36,030 bases of DNA, from contig CAYGDT010000003.1 in the NCBI GenBank assembly GCA_964348745.1, forward strand, positions 1 through 36,030, given 5' to 3'. The notes beneath the pieces were generated by a model that was given only the letters and a program-made list of their open reading frames with translations, did not search any database and was not told where the DNA came from. The position numbers and the translations under genes are program-made. The number at the start of each line of letters is the position of its first letter. Position 1 is the stretch's first letter. This document shows positions 9,025-16,964 of this stretch, one piece after another. This DNA is from an uncultured Candidatus Peribacteria bacterium (lineage in GTDB: Bacteria; Patescibacteriota; Gracilibacteria; Peribacterales; Peribacteraceae).

Positions 9025-9651
9025 TCAATCATCACATGATGCTTGATTTGGATTAAGAGGAGTAAAATCATTGATGCCGAGCTCAGATAATAGTTGTTTG
9101 AGGTATTCCTGCTTTTGAGAAGACATCAGTCCTACAAGAGCCGCCAGAACGAATTCGTCATCTTTATAGCAATTTGGATGAGTAATCAAAGTACCAAAAT
9201 TACCAGCAGGTGATTGTCGATTTGGATGCAGAGGTAATTTAGAGTCGCCTTTCATTAATGATAGTTTGTGTAATGTTTTATCCAGTTTCACACGCAATTC
9301 TTCCATTTGTCTAACGATTTCCGCAAACGAATTTACTTCGGGAGAATTATGCACAAGCTGCATTGTGTCAGCTGCCATTTTTAAATTTTGCAAAGGTTCG
9401 ATCAGATCCTCAGCATCCAATTCCACCCACTCTGCAAGCTCTCCTGCTGTGGAACGTTGCAAGCGGGCACTCGTATCATTTCCTATGGTGCTCGCCACTG
9501 CTTCAGCTATGACTCGCGCTTCATTATCAGTGTATGATTCTCTTCCACACTCCTTTCTGCTCTTCATTCGTGAATAACGAATAGCTTGTGCAAGCATATC
9601 CATGCGCTCCTTCGTAGCATCATCTAATTCTACTGGTGTTTCGGGACTCAT
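9025..9651 (-). CDS. hypothetical protein (orphan, AT-rich, predicted helical)
   Basis: 208-aa ORF with no recognisable catalytic motif, preceded by its own strong promoter. A hand count of 9025-9144 gives 48/120 G+C, against 63/120 for a glmS sample (10021-10140). Confidence 0.6.
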   Translation of the reverse strand: MSPETPVELDDATKERMDMLAQAIRYSRMKSRKECGRESYTDNEARVIAEAVASTIGNDTSARLQRSTAGELAEWVELDAEDLIEPLQNLKMAADTMQLVHNSPEVNSFAEIVRQMEELRVKLDKTLHKLSLMKGDSKLPLHPNRQSPAGNFGTLITHPNCYKDDEFVLAALVGLMSSQKQEYLKQLLSELGINDFTPLNPNQASCDD

Positions 9652-9673
9652 ACGAGAAAATGGAAAGGACAGT

Positions 9674-9701
9674 ATATTAATACTCTTCCGTCAAATGTCA
9701 A
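9674..9701 (-). promoter_or_regulatory. candidate sigma-70-type promoter of the two-gene orphan cassette
   Basis: Minus strand: TTGACA (complement of 9696-9701), N16, TAATAT (complement of 9674-9679). It is followed by the CT-rich leader actgtcctttccattttctcgtATG. Confidence 0.5.
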
Positions 9702-9735
9702 CTCTGCAATTCAGATCAGTAGCAGGGCAAAATCC

Positions 9736-11511
9736 CTATTTGACGGTAACGGATTTTGCAAGATTCCTCGGCATATCAGGGTCCTTACCTCTCTTGACCG
9801 CGAGGAAATACGCCAGCACCTGAATGGGGATGATATTCACGATTGCCTGCGCAGCGCCCGCATCGGGTACTTTGATCCACGTATCGAATGCGTCGTTGTT
9901 TTTCGGTGCTATACCAATTGTATGTGCGCCGCGCGCTTTCAGTTCGATCGTGTTATTGATCAGGTCGCGTGTTACTTCGTCGTTGCCGGCAAGTGCGATG
10001 CAGGGTGTCCCCTCCTCTATCATAGCAATCGGACCATGTTTCAACTCGGAGCCTGCAAATCCTTCGGCGTGGATGTACGACACTTCTTGGATCTTGATCG
10101 CGCTCTCGAGCGCCATGGGGTAGTTCCAGCTTTTTCCGATAATAAAAAGGTCGGTGGAATCCTGCAGTTCCTCGGCGACTTCTTCAAGGAATTCCACGTA
10201 CCGCGGGTTTAACATGTCGTTGATCATGGAGGTCGTCTCCATAAGAAGCAGTTTTCCTTCGTGGAGTTTATTTGCCATGGCGTATGCGACAAGTAGCAGC
10301 ACGGCCATTTGTCCCGTGAGCGCCTTCGTGGATGCAACCGCACGTTCGGGGCCTGCATTAATAAGGAGCGTGTAGTCCGCCTCTCGGTCGATGGTGGAAC
10401 CTTCCGCATTGACGATGGCGAGGACTTTCGCCCCTTTGCTCTTGGCAACCTTCATCGCTTCGAGAACGTCTGCGGTCTCGCCGCTTTGAGATACGACGAT
10501 CAGCAGGCTTTCGGGTTTCAGGAAATGGTGGTGGACTTTAAATTCGCCTGCTGAGGTTACGTTGACGTGGTGTCCGGAAACAACCGAGAAGAAGTATTCA
10601 GCAGCCATGCAGGCTTTGTGTGCTGTGCCACACCCGACGAGGTATGTTCCTCTGGCATTTTTAATTGCTTCGGCAACGGTAAGAATCTGCTTCTCATCTT
10701 GGTTCACCGCGCGGGCGATGCTCTCTTTTTGCTCCATAATTTCCTTGAGCATGTAGTGTGCAAACTCTCCTTTCTGCGCTTCTTCTACCGACCACGTTAT
10801 TTCGATCTCGCGCTTCGGGCGCTCCTGTCCGGTCTTCAAATCGGTAAAGAGCACCGAATGACCGTCGGTGACGACCATTTCTCCGTCATCGAGATATTGC
10901 ACTATTTTGGTATGTTCCATGAACGCAGGAATGTCGGATGCAATGAAATATCCATCGTCTTTGGAAACGCCAACGATCAATGGAGATCCTGTGCGCGTGG
11001 CGACCAACACATTACTTTCCAAGTGGAACGCGAGGATGCCGTACCGACCGGTGAACTTGGCACATGCGTTGCGGACTGCCGAAGCGAAATCGTCGGTCAG
11101 TCGCATCTCTTCCTCGATCATGTGCGGGATCACTTCGGTGTCGGTTTCACTTAAAAACGTGTGCCCTCTCTTTATGAGATCGGTGCGCAGCTCGTGATAA
11201 TTTTCGATAATGCCATTATGGACAACGGCGATCGTTCCATCACAGTTCACGTGCGGATGCGCGTTTTGGGGTGTCACGCCTCCGTGCGTTGCCCAGCGCG
11301 TATGTGCAATCGCCAGTCCGCATTCCTCATGGAACCTCTTTTCGTCTACCGTGCTGATTTTGCCAACATCCTTCTCAACCAAAATAGATGAGCCGATCTT
11401 TCGGGCAACCCCCCAAGAATCATATCCGCGGTATTCCAAATTTTTCAGTCCCCGAACAACGAGCTGACCCGCGTCGCTTCTGGAGCCGACGTATCCAAAT
11501 ATTCCACACAT
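9736..11511 (-). CDS. glmS: glutamine--fructose-6-phosphate aminotransferase
   Basis: N-terminal MCGIFGY (Cys nucleophile), two SIS domains, C-terminal NLAKSVTVK, 591 aa. Confidence 0.97.
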   Translation of the reverse strand: MCGIFGYVGSRSDAGQLVVRGLKNLEYRGYDSWGVARKIGSSILVEKDVGKISTVDEKRFHEECGLAIAHTRWATHGGVTPQNAHPHVNCDGTIAVVHNGIIENYHELRTDLIKRGHTFLSETDTEVIPHMIEEEMRLTDDFASAVRNACAKFTGRYGILAFHLESNVLVATRTGSPLIVGVSKDDGYFIASDIPAFMEHTKIVQYLDDGEMVVTDGHSVLFTDLKTGQERPKREIEITWSVEEAQKGEFAHYMLKEIMEQKESIARAVNQDEKQILTVAEAIKNARGTYLVGCGTAHKACMAAEYFFSVVSGHHVNVTSAGEFKVHHHFLKPESLLIVVSQSGETADVLEAMKVAKSKGAKVLAIVNAEGSTIDREADYTLLINAGPERAVASTKALTGQMAVLLLVAYAMANKLHEGKLLLMETTSMINDMLNPRYVEFLEEVAEELQDSTDLFIIGKSWNYPMALESAIKIQEVSYIHAEGFAGSELKHGPIAMIEEGTPCIALAGNDEVTRDLINNTIELKARGAHTIGIAPKNNDAFDTWIKVPDAGAAQAIVNIIPIQVLAYFLAVKRGKDPDMPRNLAKSVTVK

Positions 11512-11529
11512 TGGCTTAACTGTGCGAAA

Positions 11530-11557
11530 ATTCTACGCTGAATTCGCTGGAAGTCAA
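11530..11557 (-). promoter_or_regulatory. candidate glmS promoter
   Basis: Minus strand: TTGACT (complement of 11552-11557), N16, TAGAAT (complement of 11530-11535). 18 nt separate the -10 from the ATG at 11511. Confidence 0.5.
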
Positions 11558-11589
11558 TCGAGGACAATCAAGACTAATGAGACATTCTC

Positions 11590-11618
11590 TTGACCACCAC
11601 CATAAGCTTCTTTATGCT
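11590..11618 (+). promoter_or_regulatory. candidate rpsT promoter (near-leaderless geometry)
   Basis: TTGACC (11590-11595), N17, TATGCT (11613-11618). 9 nt separate the -10 from the ATG at 11628. Confidence 0.45.
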
Positions 11619-11627
11619 TTGCACGCA

Positions 11628-11888
11628 ATGCCACTCATTAAGTCCGCCATCAAACGTATGCGCCAGAATTCTGTGCGCAGAGATCGTCGTAAGCCGGCGA
11701 AAACATTGATGAAGACCATGATTAGAAAAATGGAGGATGCTGCAAACGAGGGAAAGAAGGAGGAACTTCTTAAACTCCTTCCGGAGACGTACAAAGCGAT
11801 CGACATGGCGAACAAGCTCAATATCATCCATCGCAATACTGCAGCGAGAAGAAAGTCGAATATGGCGAAGCTGACTGCCGTTTCTTAA
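11628..11888 (+). CDS. rpsT: 30S ribosomal protein S20
   Basis: MPLIKSAIKRMRQNSVRRDRRKP matches the conserved S20 N-terminus. The track ORF start at 11577 adds 17 non-conserved codons that overlap the predicted promoter. Confidence 0.9.
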   Translation: MPLIKSAIKRMRQNSVRRDRRKPAKTLMKTMIRKMEDAANEGKKEELLKLLPETYKAIDMANKLNIIHRNTAARRKSNMAKLTAVS

Positions 11889-11896
11889 GTAATTCT

Positions 11897-12262
11897 ATGC
11901 ACTATCTTGGTGTCGATGTCGGCATGCGCCGTTCAGGTTTTGCGTACGCCGATTCTCAGAATGATATCCTGTTTTCTCTAGAGACCTTTTCACATACTTC
12001 GCAGGAAGAACTTGCCGAGCACATTGCGATGCTGGTTTCCGATCGAGCCATCGATGTTGTGGTCTTGGGGAATCCACTGCTCCCTTCCGGAATTCCTGGT
12101 AAACAGTCCAGAGCAGTGCAAGCTCTTGCATCGCTTCTAGAATCGAAGGGAATTCGCTCGCAATTGCTCGATGAACGCTACTCAACGGCACCAAACAGTG
12201 ATTTTGACCCCGATGCTGCTTCTGCATGCGAAATTCTGGGCGTAGTTCTCCAAAGAAAATAG
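11897..12262 (+). CDS. ruvX: Holliday junction resolvase-like / pre-16S rRNA nuclease YqgF (RuvX)
   Basis: N-terminal YLGVDVGMRRSGFAYAD (RNase H-fold Asp motif), 121 aa, typical size. Confidence 0.85.
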   Translation: MHYLGVDVGMRRSGFAYADSQNDILFSLETFSHTSQEELAEHIAMLVSDRAIDVVVLGNPLLPSGIPGKQSRAVQALASLLESKGIRSQLLDERYSTAPNSDFDPDAASACEILGVVLQRK

Positions 12263-12274
12263 ATTCCGGCATTG

Positions 12275-12302
12275 TTGACAATTACAAAAAATGCTTTAAA
12301 AT
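12275..12302 (+). promoter_or_regulatory. candidate promoter of the sigma-r4/HARE-HTH gene
   Basis: TTGACA (12275-12280), N16, TAAAAT (12297-12302). This predicts a leader of about 145 nt before the ATG at 12455. Confidence 0.55.
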
Positions 12303-12454
12303 TAACTCCTTTCGCGCTCATTTAGATACTTCGTTATACTAAAGACTAAAGTGCAATAAGCACGATAAGTCGTCTACCCAAACCTATGAGACATCTTTCA
12401 TCTCTGTCAACATTATGGTAAAACGAGGGTTGTTCTATTTCTTCAGAAAATATT

Positions 12455-13552
12455 ATGCCTGATTCCGCTACCGCCACCGCTCAAAAATCTTCCGGTTCAC
12501 AGATCCATCTCGATCTGCAGCAGCTGCTCGACAGCCTCTTTATGGTTCTGACGGACAAGGAGTCTATGGTTATCCAAAAACGCTTCGCATTGAAGGGAGA
12601 ACAAAAGCAGACTCTTGAAATGATTGGTAAACATTTTAATGTTACTCGCGAGCGCATTCGGCAGATCGAGAGCATTGCACTTTCGAAACTCAAGCGCACA
12701 GTGCGCACCACACGTCTCGACGAGGTCAATGCGTTGGCGAAAGATATCCTACGACTTCATGGTGGTGTGTTGCGTGAGGACGGGCTCGTATCCGATTGCC
12801 TACGGCATATTGCAGGTGCCAGCGAGATAGACGGAGCGGTTTTGCGGCTGAGTTTCTCTATTGATTCTGACATGGTTGCAGGCAACCGTGCCCAAACATT
12901 CATTCCTTTCTGGAGGATCGAGAGTCTTGCACTTGATGATATTTCAACCATTGTGAACAATATTGTTAAAATCTTAAAGAAGAGAAAGAACTGTATGCAA
13001 TCGGATGAAATCGTTTCGGCTATTCAGGCATTGAATCTCTTTGACGGTAGAGTTCCCAGCAAGGAACTTATTTCAAGTTGTCTGGAGATCGATGAGCGTC
13101 TTCGCCATATTTCCGAAGGGTGGGGGCTAACCGAGTGGCGTTTTGTCCGTCCGAGAAGCATTCGTGACAAGGTGGAAATCATTCTCCGCAAAACCGGCGA
13201 GCCACTCCACTTTATGGACATCGCCAACCGCATAAAAGCTGCACAATTTGATCACAAGAACGTAACGGTTCAAGCAGTGCATAACGAACTCATCCGTTAT
13301 CCGCAGTTCGTATTGGTAGGAAGAGGACTGTATGCGCTTAAGGAGTGGGGCTACGAGCCCGGTACGGTTGCGGACGTCATCGAAAAGATTCTGATTGAAA
13401 AGGGACCCTTGAGTAAAAAAGAAATCATCATCGAAGTTGCCAAGCAGCGTACAGTGAAGGTTGGCACAATTAGTTTGAATCTTCAAAAGATGCCGTACTT
13501 TAAGCGTGTTGGACGAGCAGTGTATGCTTTTGACTCGGAAGCGAAGAAGTAA
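12455..13552 (+). CDS. sigma-70 region 4 domain protein fused to two HARE-HTH-like modules (no region 2)
   Basis: ESMVIQKRFALKGEQKQTLEMIGKHFNVTRERIRQIESIALSKLKR is a clear sigma-70 region 4 HTH. The C-terminal half has two HARE-HTH-like units (FMDIANRIKAA...VHNELIRYPQFVLVGRGLYALKEW and KKEIIIEVAKQ...LQKMPYFKRVGRAVYAF). No -10-recognition region 2 motif is visible. Confidence 0.8.
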   Translation: MPDSATATAQKSSGSQIHLDLQQLLDSLFMVLTDKESMVIQKRFALKGEQKQTLEMIGKHFNVTRERIRQIESIALSKLKRTVRTTRLDEVNALAKDILRLHGGVLREDGLVSDCLRHIAGASEIDGAVLRLSFSIDSDMVAGNRAQTFIPFWRIESLALDDISTIVNNIVKILKKRKNCMQSDEIVSAIQALNLFDGRVPSKELISSCLEIDERLRHISEGWGLTEWRFVRPRSIRDKVEIILRKTGEPLHFMDIANRIKAAQFDHKNVTVQAVHNELIRYPQFVLVGRGLYALKEWGYEPGTVADVIEKILIEKGPLSKKEIIIEVAKQRTVKVGTISLNLQKMPYFKRVGRAVYAFDSEAKK

Positions 13553-13608
13553 TTTTGGCTTTGCGCAGCGTGGCAATTACGAATTGAATTTGCACTTCCC
13601 GTATACCA

Positions 13609-14418
13609 ATGCGACCTCTTATAGCTTTTGTAGCACTCGTAGCTCTTTGTAGCTGTTCGCAGCAGGTTCTCCCGCCGTTACCCGAGGGTGAACAAACCGT
13701 TACAGGAATACTGTTATCTGCACCTCTTTCTGCCGTCCGTCGTGGGTCGCACTTTATCGAACAAGACGGTGTGAACGTGTATTACGCGGAGAGTTCCCTT
13801 ATTAATCTACGCGACTACGAAGGCAAGAGAGTAACGCTGCGTGGATTTCTCGAGCACAACACCGATACAGATGATCTCTCCGTCCTCGTTGCACACTCCG
13901 TAGTGGATGTGGAGGAAACTACTCAAGAGTACACACTGAGCGAAATTTCTGTACTCGTCACAGTTCCTATCCAATGGAAGATGGTAAAGCGTGAGGGATT
14001 GTTTCAGTTTCGCCCCGAAGGCGACGAAGATCCCCTCCTGACTATTTGGCAGAGTGAAGGTACGGAGCTCCCCGATGGTGGGGTGCCGATCGTTGTCGAT
14101 GCGACACGGGCAACGCGGTTGATTGATGATCTTTCAGGAACGCAGATTGTCGCCATAAAACGCAGTGATTCCATCATGCAATTGCGATTCAGTCCGGGGA
14201 AGCGCACAAATGCTGATCGGTTGCTCGAGAATTTCATCGATGTACTTAAATCTGTGCATCTCGTTGGCAGCTCATCGAGTAGTTCTGCACTTCCGCAGTC
14301 CGGTAGCGGTGCGCTCGGAAACCCCTGCGGCGGTTCTGCCGGTGTCCTCTGTCCGGCAGGTTCCTTCTGCGATATTCAGGATTTTCAGGAGAATATAGGA
14401 CACTGTAGGACATTGTGA
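13609..14418 (+). CDS. lipoprotein of unknown function with a Cys-rich C-terminus
   Basis: Signal peptide with lipobox (MRPLIAFVALVALCSCSQ). C-terminal GNPCGGSAGVLCPAGSFCDIQDFQENIGHC. Confidence 0.75.
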   Translation: MRPLIAFVALVALCSCSQQVLPPLPEGEQTVTGILLSAPLSAVRRGSHFIEQDGVNVYYAESSLINLRDYEGKRVTLRGFLEHNTDTDDLSVLVAHSVVDVEETTQEYTLSEISVLVTVPIQWKMVKREGLFQFRPEGDEDPLLTIWQSEGTELPDGGVPIVVDATRATRLIDDLSGTQIVAIKRSDSIMQLRFSPGKRTNADRLLENFIDVLKSVHLVGSSSSSSALPQSGSGALGNPCGGSAGVLCPAGSFCDIQDFQENIGHCRTL

Positions 14419-14456
14419 TTGGTGATTGGTGATTAGTGATTGGTGATTAGTGATTT
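14415..14456 (+). repeat. 6 x 7-nt tandem repeat GTGATTR
   Basis: GTGATTG GTGATTG GTGATTA GTGATTG GTGATTA GTGATTT. The array starts inside the TGA stop (14416-14418) of the lipoprotein gene. Confidence 0.9.
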
Positions 14457-14558
14457 GGTAAAGAGGTACTCGTTGATTCCCATCTCACCTGCAATTTCCA
14501 AATTTCAGCAAGGGAGGAGTATTTGGAGTACCCGCAATATTTGCTATGATTCCGTCAT

Positions 14559-15206
14559 ATGGCGTTTTCATCACGCATGCGCTGGGCTGTAGGATTTCTT
14601 CTTTTTGCCGGTATTGTCGCAACAGTCGTACTGCAGAGCGACTTCGTCGTTTCGCGTGCTTCACTCATAGCTCAGAGCATTCCGACTGGTCAGCAAATGA
14701 TATGCGGTGATGGGATCGTCCAAGATGGAGAGCAGTGCGACGATGGTTCGCAGAATAGAAACGTCTCGGGAGCGCGTTGCAGAGCAGACTGTACTTCGGC
14801 TCGCTGCGGCGACGGCGTGCTGGATTCCTCGGAAATTTGCGATGATGGGAACCAATCAAACGGAGACGGCTGCGATTTCTTCTGCAATATTGAAGCAGGC
14901 GACCCCGGTATTACCGTGATCGGTTCACCGACGAATACGGATGACGTTATCAATATCAGCTTCCCTGCTCTCCCCGGAGTATTGCAGCCTCACGTGCCTG
15001 CAAACGTTCCGTCGGTCTATCAACAGCCGCCCGTTTTGCCGACACTTCCAAATATCCAGTCTCTCCCCATGCAGATCCCCTTGGCGCAGTTTCAGCCTCT
15101 TATTGAGTCGCACGGTCCCGCCGGTAAAACAGGCCCTGCTGCAGTAGCGATTATTGGGGCTGGCATAGCCGGTGGTGTGGGATGGATTCGAAAGAGGGGG
15201 AGGTAG
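14559..15206 (+). CDS. secreted cysteine-rich repeat protein (Myxococcus-type CGDG/CDDG repeats) with a C-terminal anchor
   Basis: N-terminal TM/signal (WAVGFLLFAGIVATVVL). Two repeats: CGDGIVQDGEQCDDGSQN... and CGDGVLDSSEICDDGNQSNGDGCDFFC. Pro-rich linker. C-terminal AGKTG, then a hydrophobic helix (PAAVAIIGAGIAGGVGWI), then RKRGR. Confidence 0.8.
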   Translation: MAFSSRMRWAVGFLLFAGIVATVVLQSDFVVSRASLIAQSIPTGQQMICGDGIVQDGEQCDDGSQNRNVSGARCRADCTSARCGDGVLDSSEICDDGNQSNGDGCDFFCNIEAGDPGITVIGSPTNTDDVINISFPALPGVLQPHVPANVPSVYQQPPVLPTLPNIQSLPMQIPLAQFQPLIESHGPAGKTGPAAVAIIGAGIAGGVGWIRKRGR

Positions 15207-15211
15207 GGTTG

Positions 15212-15232
15212 AGTTCTTAGTTCTTAGTTCCT
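15212..15232 (+). repeat. 3 x 7-nt tandem repeat AGTTCYT
   Basis: AGTTCTT AGTTCTT AGTTCCT, starting 6 nt after the TAG stop at 15204-15206. Confidence 0.8.
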
Positions 15233-15320
15233 AGTGGTGATGATTCGATGCATTTTTTATATATATTTATCATTTGCAACCAAAGGTGTACGTCGTGCAA
15301 TACTATCTGCTTGCATTGTA

Positions 15321-15338
15321 GGTGTACAGGTGTACACT
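15321..15338. promoter_or_regulatory. palindromic operator-like site A (GGTGT-N8-ACACT) overlapping a candidate promoter
   Basis: GGTGTacaggtgtACACT contains the 8-bp perfect palindrome GTGTACAC. It overlaps the spacer and -10 of TTGCAT (15311-15316), N16, TACACT (15333-15338). An extra GGTGTAC half-site lies at 15285-15291. Confidence 0.45.
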
Positions 15339-15484
15339 CACATCCGCCATCAGCCTTCGCTCCTCGATCTTTCTTGCTTTCCTATTACTTGTAGCTCTCT
15401 GTGCTTCACGTCAGAAGCTACGGCCGACAGGTCAGCCTTCGCTCTTTGTTATTGTTTATTCACTGCACTACTACGATTCATTTT

Positions 15485-15526
15485 CAATTCTCAATTCTCC
15501 ATTCTCCATTCTCCATTCGCCATTCT
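15485..15526 (+). repeat. 6 x 7-nt pyrimidine-rich tandem repeat CMATTCT
   Basis: CAATTCT CAATTCT CCATTCT CCATTCT CCATTCG CCATTCT, ending 3 nt before the ATG at 15530. Confidence 0.9.
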
Positions 15527-15529
15527 CTT

Positions 15530-15772
15530 ATGCATTCTCTACCTCCAACGCCGGCCCGTGTATTTTCTCGCTCCGTTGTTATCGATTGCAGCAGGAATGC
15601 ACTGCAGAAACGCTTCGATCCCCGCTCGCTCCTGCAGTGGGTCCAAAGCTTTCCCTCTCGCGACGATGTCCATGTCTACCTTGGCAATGTCGCATTCAAC
15701 GGACAACGCGGCCTCATGCGTCAGCTACAGGCTATGGGATGCACGGTTACGTGCAGGCAGTACCAAAGCTAA
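15530..15772 (+). CDS. candidate small protein (80 aa) of unknown function
   Basis: The ATG follows a heptamer array in the same way as recA, mraY and gap. Product: MHSLPPTPARVFSRSVVIDCSRNALQKRFDPRSLLQWVQSFPSRDDVHVYLGNVAFNGQRGLMRQLQAMGCTVTCRQYQS. The C-terminal 60 aa look like a normal globular sequence and faintly resemble the first half of NYN/LabA-type domains (weak, unverified). The gene is not certain, because all three plus frames are open here. Confidence 0.3.
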   Translation: MHSLPPTPARVFSRSVVIDCSRNALQKRFDPRSLLQWVQSFPSRDDVHVYLGNVAFNGQRGLMRQLQAMGCTVTCRQYQS

Positions 15773-15783
15773 ACTTCCATAAT

Positions 15784-16800
15784 TTATTCAGACTCAGCAG
15801 TCAGCTGTTCTGTAAAAAACGCTACCGTTTTTTCCATGAAGTCGTTCCATTGCGAGACAAATTCATGCTTTTCTCCATCGTAGACTACAAATGTGGAGTC
15901 CTTCAGCTCTTCTTGTAGCGCAGTACCTAGTTCTATCGACCAGTCCAGCGGTACATCGGTGTCTTCGCTTCCGTGAAAGATTAACACAGGATCATCGATC
16001 GTTCGTAGATGCGTGAGCGCGGAAATGGCATTCCATGGTTCGGTGTTTTCTTCTTTTTCACCCCAGACTGCAATGGTCTTGTCGCCTTCCGGCCTTTCAC
16101 GGCGCCAGCGATTGAAGTTTTTGTATGCATCACCGGATACGGGCGCGTAGAGAACCGCAGCATCGATCATTTCAGGATGCGCGGTGAGTATATTTAGCGT
16201 GACTCCCCCACCGAGTGAGTGCCCGAGCATGCCAACGTGCTTTGTGTTGATGGCACTTATTTCACTCAGATCGGATTCACGAATTGCATTGATAGCATTG
16301 ATGCTATCCATTGCATATTCCAGTCCTGCATCGTAGATCTCACGGGTATCAGGGCTATCGTCTGAAAGCCCATGTCCGCGGTAGTCGGTATGCAGTACGG
16401 CAAATCCGTGCCGAGCGAGGTAGTCTTGTTCACGCTTCAACCCTCTACCAACGGTGTAAACCTTGGGGTCGATATAGCCGTGGTTCAGTATAATCAAAGG
16501 AAACGGTCCAGTGCCGCGTGGGACATTGAGTATTCCGCTGATACGCAGTCCATTACTTAAATACTCGATCCGGTACCGTGTGTAGCTCTCTGTACGTGCT
16601 AGTTGTTCCAATAACTTCAACCCCGCTCCTACCAGTTTCATCTTTGCAAAGTGATCAAGTGTAAGTGATGCAGGGACTTGTTCTATGGAATCGAAAGCTT
16701 CGATGATAGATGATGCATTGCTCGAAGTCCCCTCTCCACTATGAGAATCCTGCACTGGGGCGCAGGCTGTGAGGAGTATCAGTAATACAATGCGCTTCAT
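15784..16800 (-). CDS. lipoprotein alpha/beta-hydrolase (S9 / dienelactone-hydrolase-like serine hydrolase)
   Basis: Lipobox signal MKRIVLLILLTAC, nucleophile elbow GHSLGG, and a late His (GEKHEF). 338 aa. Confidence 0.85.
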   Translation of the reverse strand: MKRIVLLILLTACAPVQDSHSGEGTSSNASSIIEAFDSIEQVPASLTLDHFAKMKLVGAGLKLLEQLARTESYTRYRIEYLSNGLRISGILNVPRGTGPFPLIILNHGYIDPKVYTVGRGLKREQDYLARHGFAVLHTDYRGHGLSDDSPDTREIYDAGLEYAMDSINAINAIRESDLSEISAINTKHVGMLGHSLGGGVTLNILTAHPEMIDAAVLYAPVSGDAYKNFNRWRRERPEGDKTIAVWGEKEENTEPWNAISALTHLRTIDDPVLIFHGSEDTDVPLDWSIELGTALQEELKDSTFVVYDGEKHEFVSQWNDFMEKTVAFFTEQLTAESE

Positions 16801-16882
16801 GAAGCCATGATATCACACCGAATATGTGTCGCATTTCACAAAGAATTTACTCGATTCCGTATTCTAGTCTGTACATTGAAAG

Positions 16883-16900
16883 GGTGTACAATATTACACC
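16883..16900. promoter_or_regulatory. palindromic operator-like site B (GGTGT-N8-ACACC)
   Basis: GGTGTacaatattACACC has perfect 5-bp arms and an A/T-rich 8-nt spacer. It overlaps the -35 zone of a leftward promoter whose -10 is TAGAAT (complement of 16861-16866), upstream of the hydrolase gene. Confidence 0.5.
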
Positions 16901-16964
16901 ATAATAAATGTGTACGAACGTAAAGTCCATCTACTTGCCCATCTCAGAAGATACACATATCGTA

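Noticed and set aside
9824-11467. Multiple 60-195-aa plus-strand ORFs inside glmS, with similar antisense ORFs inside tyrS, the PBP gene, purA, gap and others
   Set aside because: They are antisense to strongly conserved genes, have low-complexity or Arg/Ser-rich translations, and have no independent signals. They are typical shadow ORFs.
11512-11627. glmS ribozyme upstream of glmS
   Set aside because: Only about 12 nt lie between the predicted TSS and the ATG. The whole intergenic region is 116 nt and is shared with the rpsT promoter. I could not see the conserved ribozyme core sequences.
14415-15526. Tandem short repeats as a possible CRISPR array
   Set aside because: The units are 7 nt and directly abutting, with no spacers, and no cas genes are present. 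These are simple tandem repeats.
15234-15918. Long plus-strand ORFs of 182, 198 and 123 aa across the 15.2-15.9 kb gap
   Set aside because: Their N-terminal halves are low-complexity translations of simple repeats (FSILHSPFSI...). All three frames are open because the tract lacks stop triplets, and one runs antisense into the hydrolase gene. I kept only the 80-codon sub-ORF from the ATG at 15530 as a low-confidence candidate.
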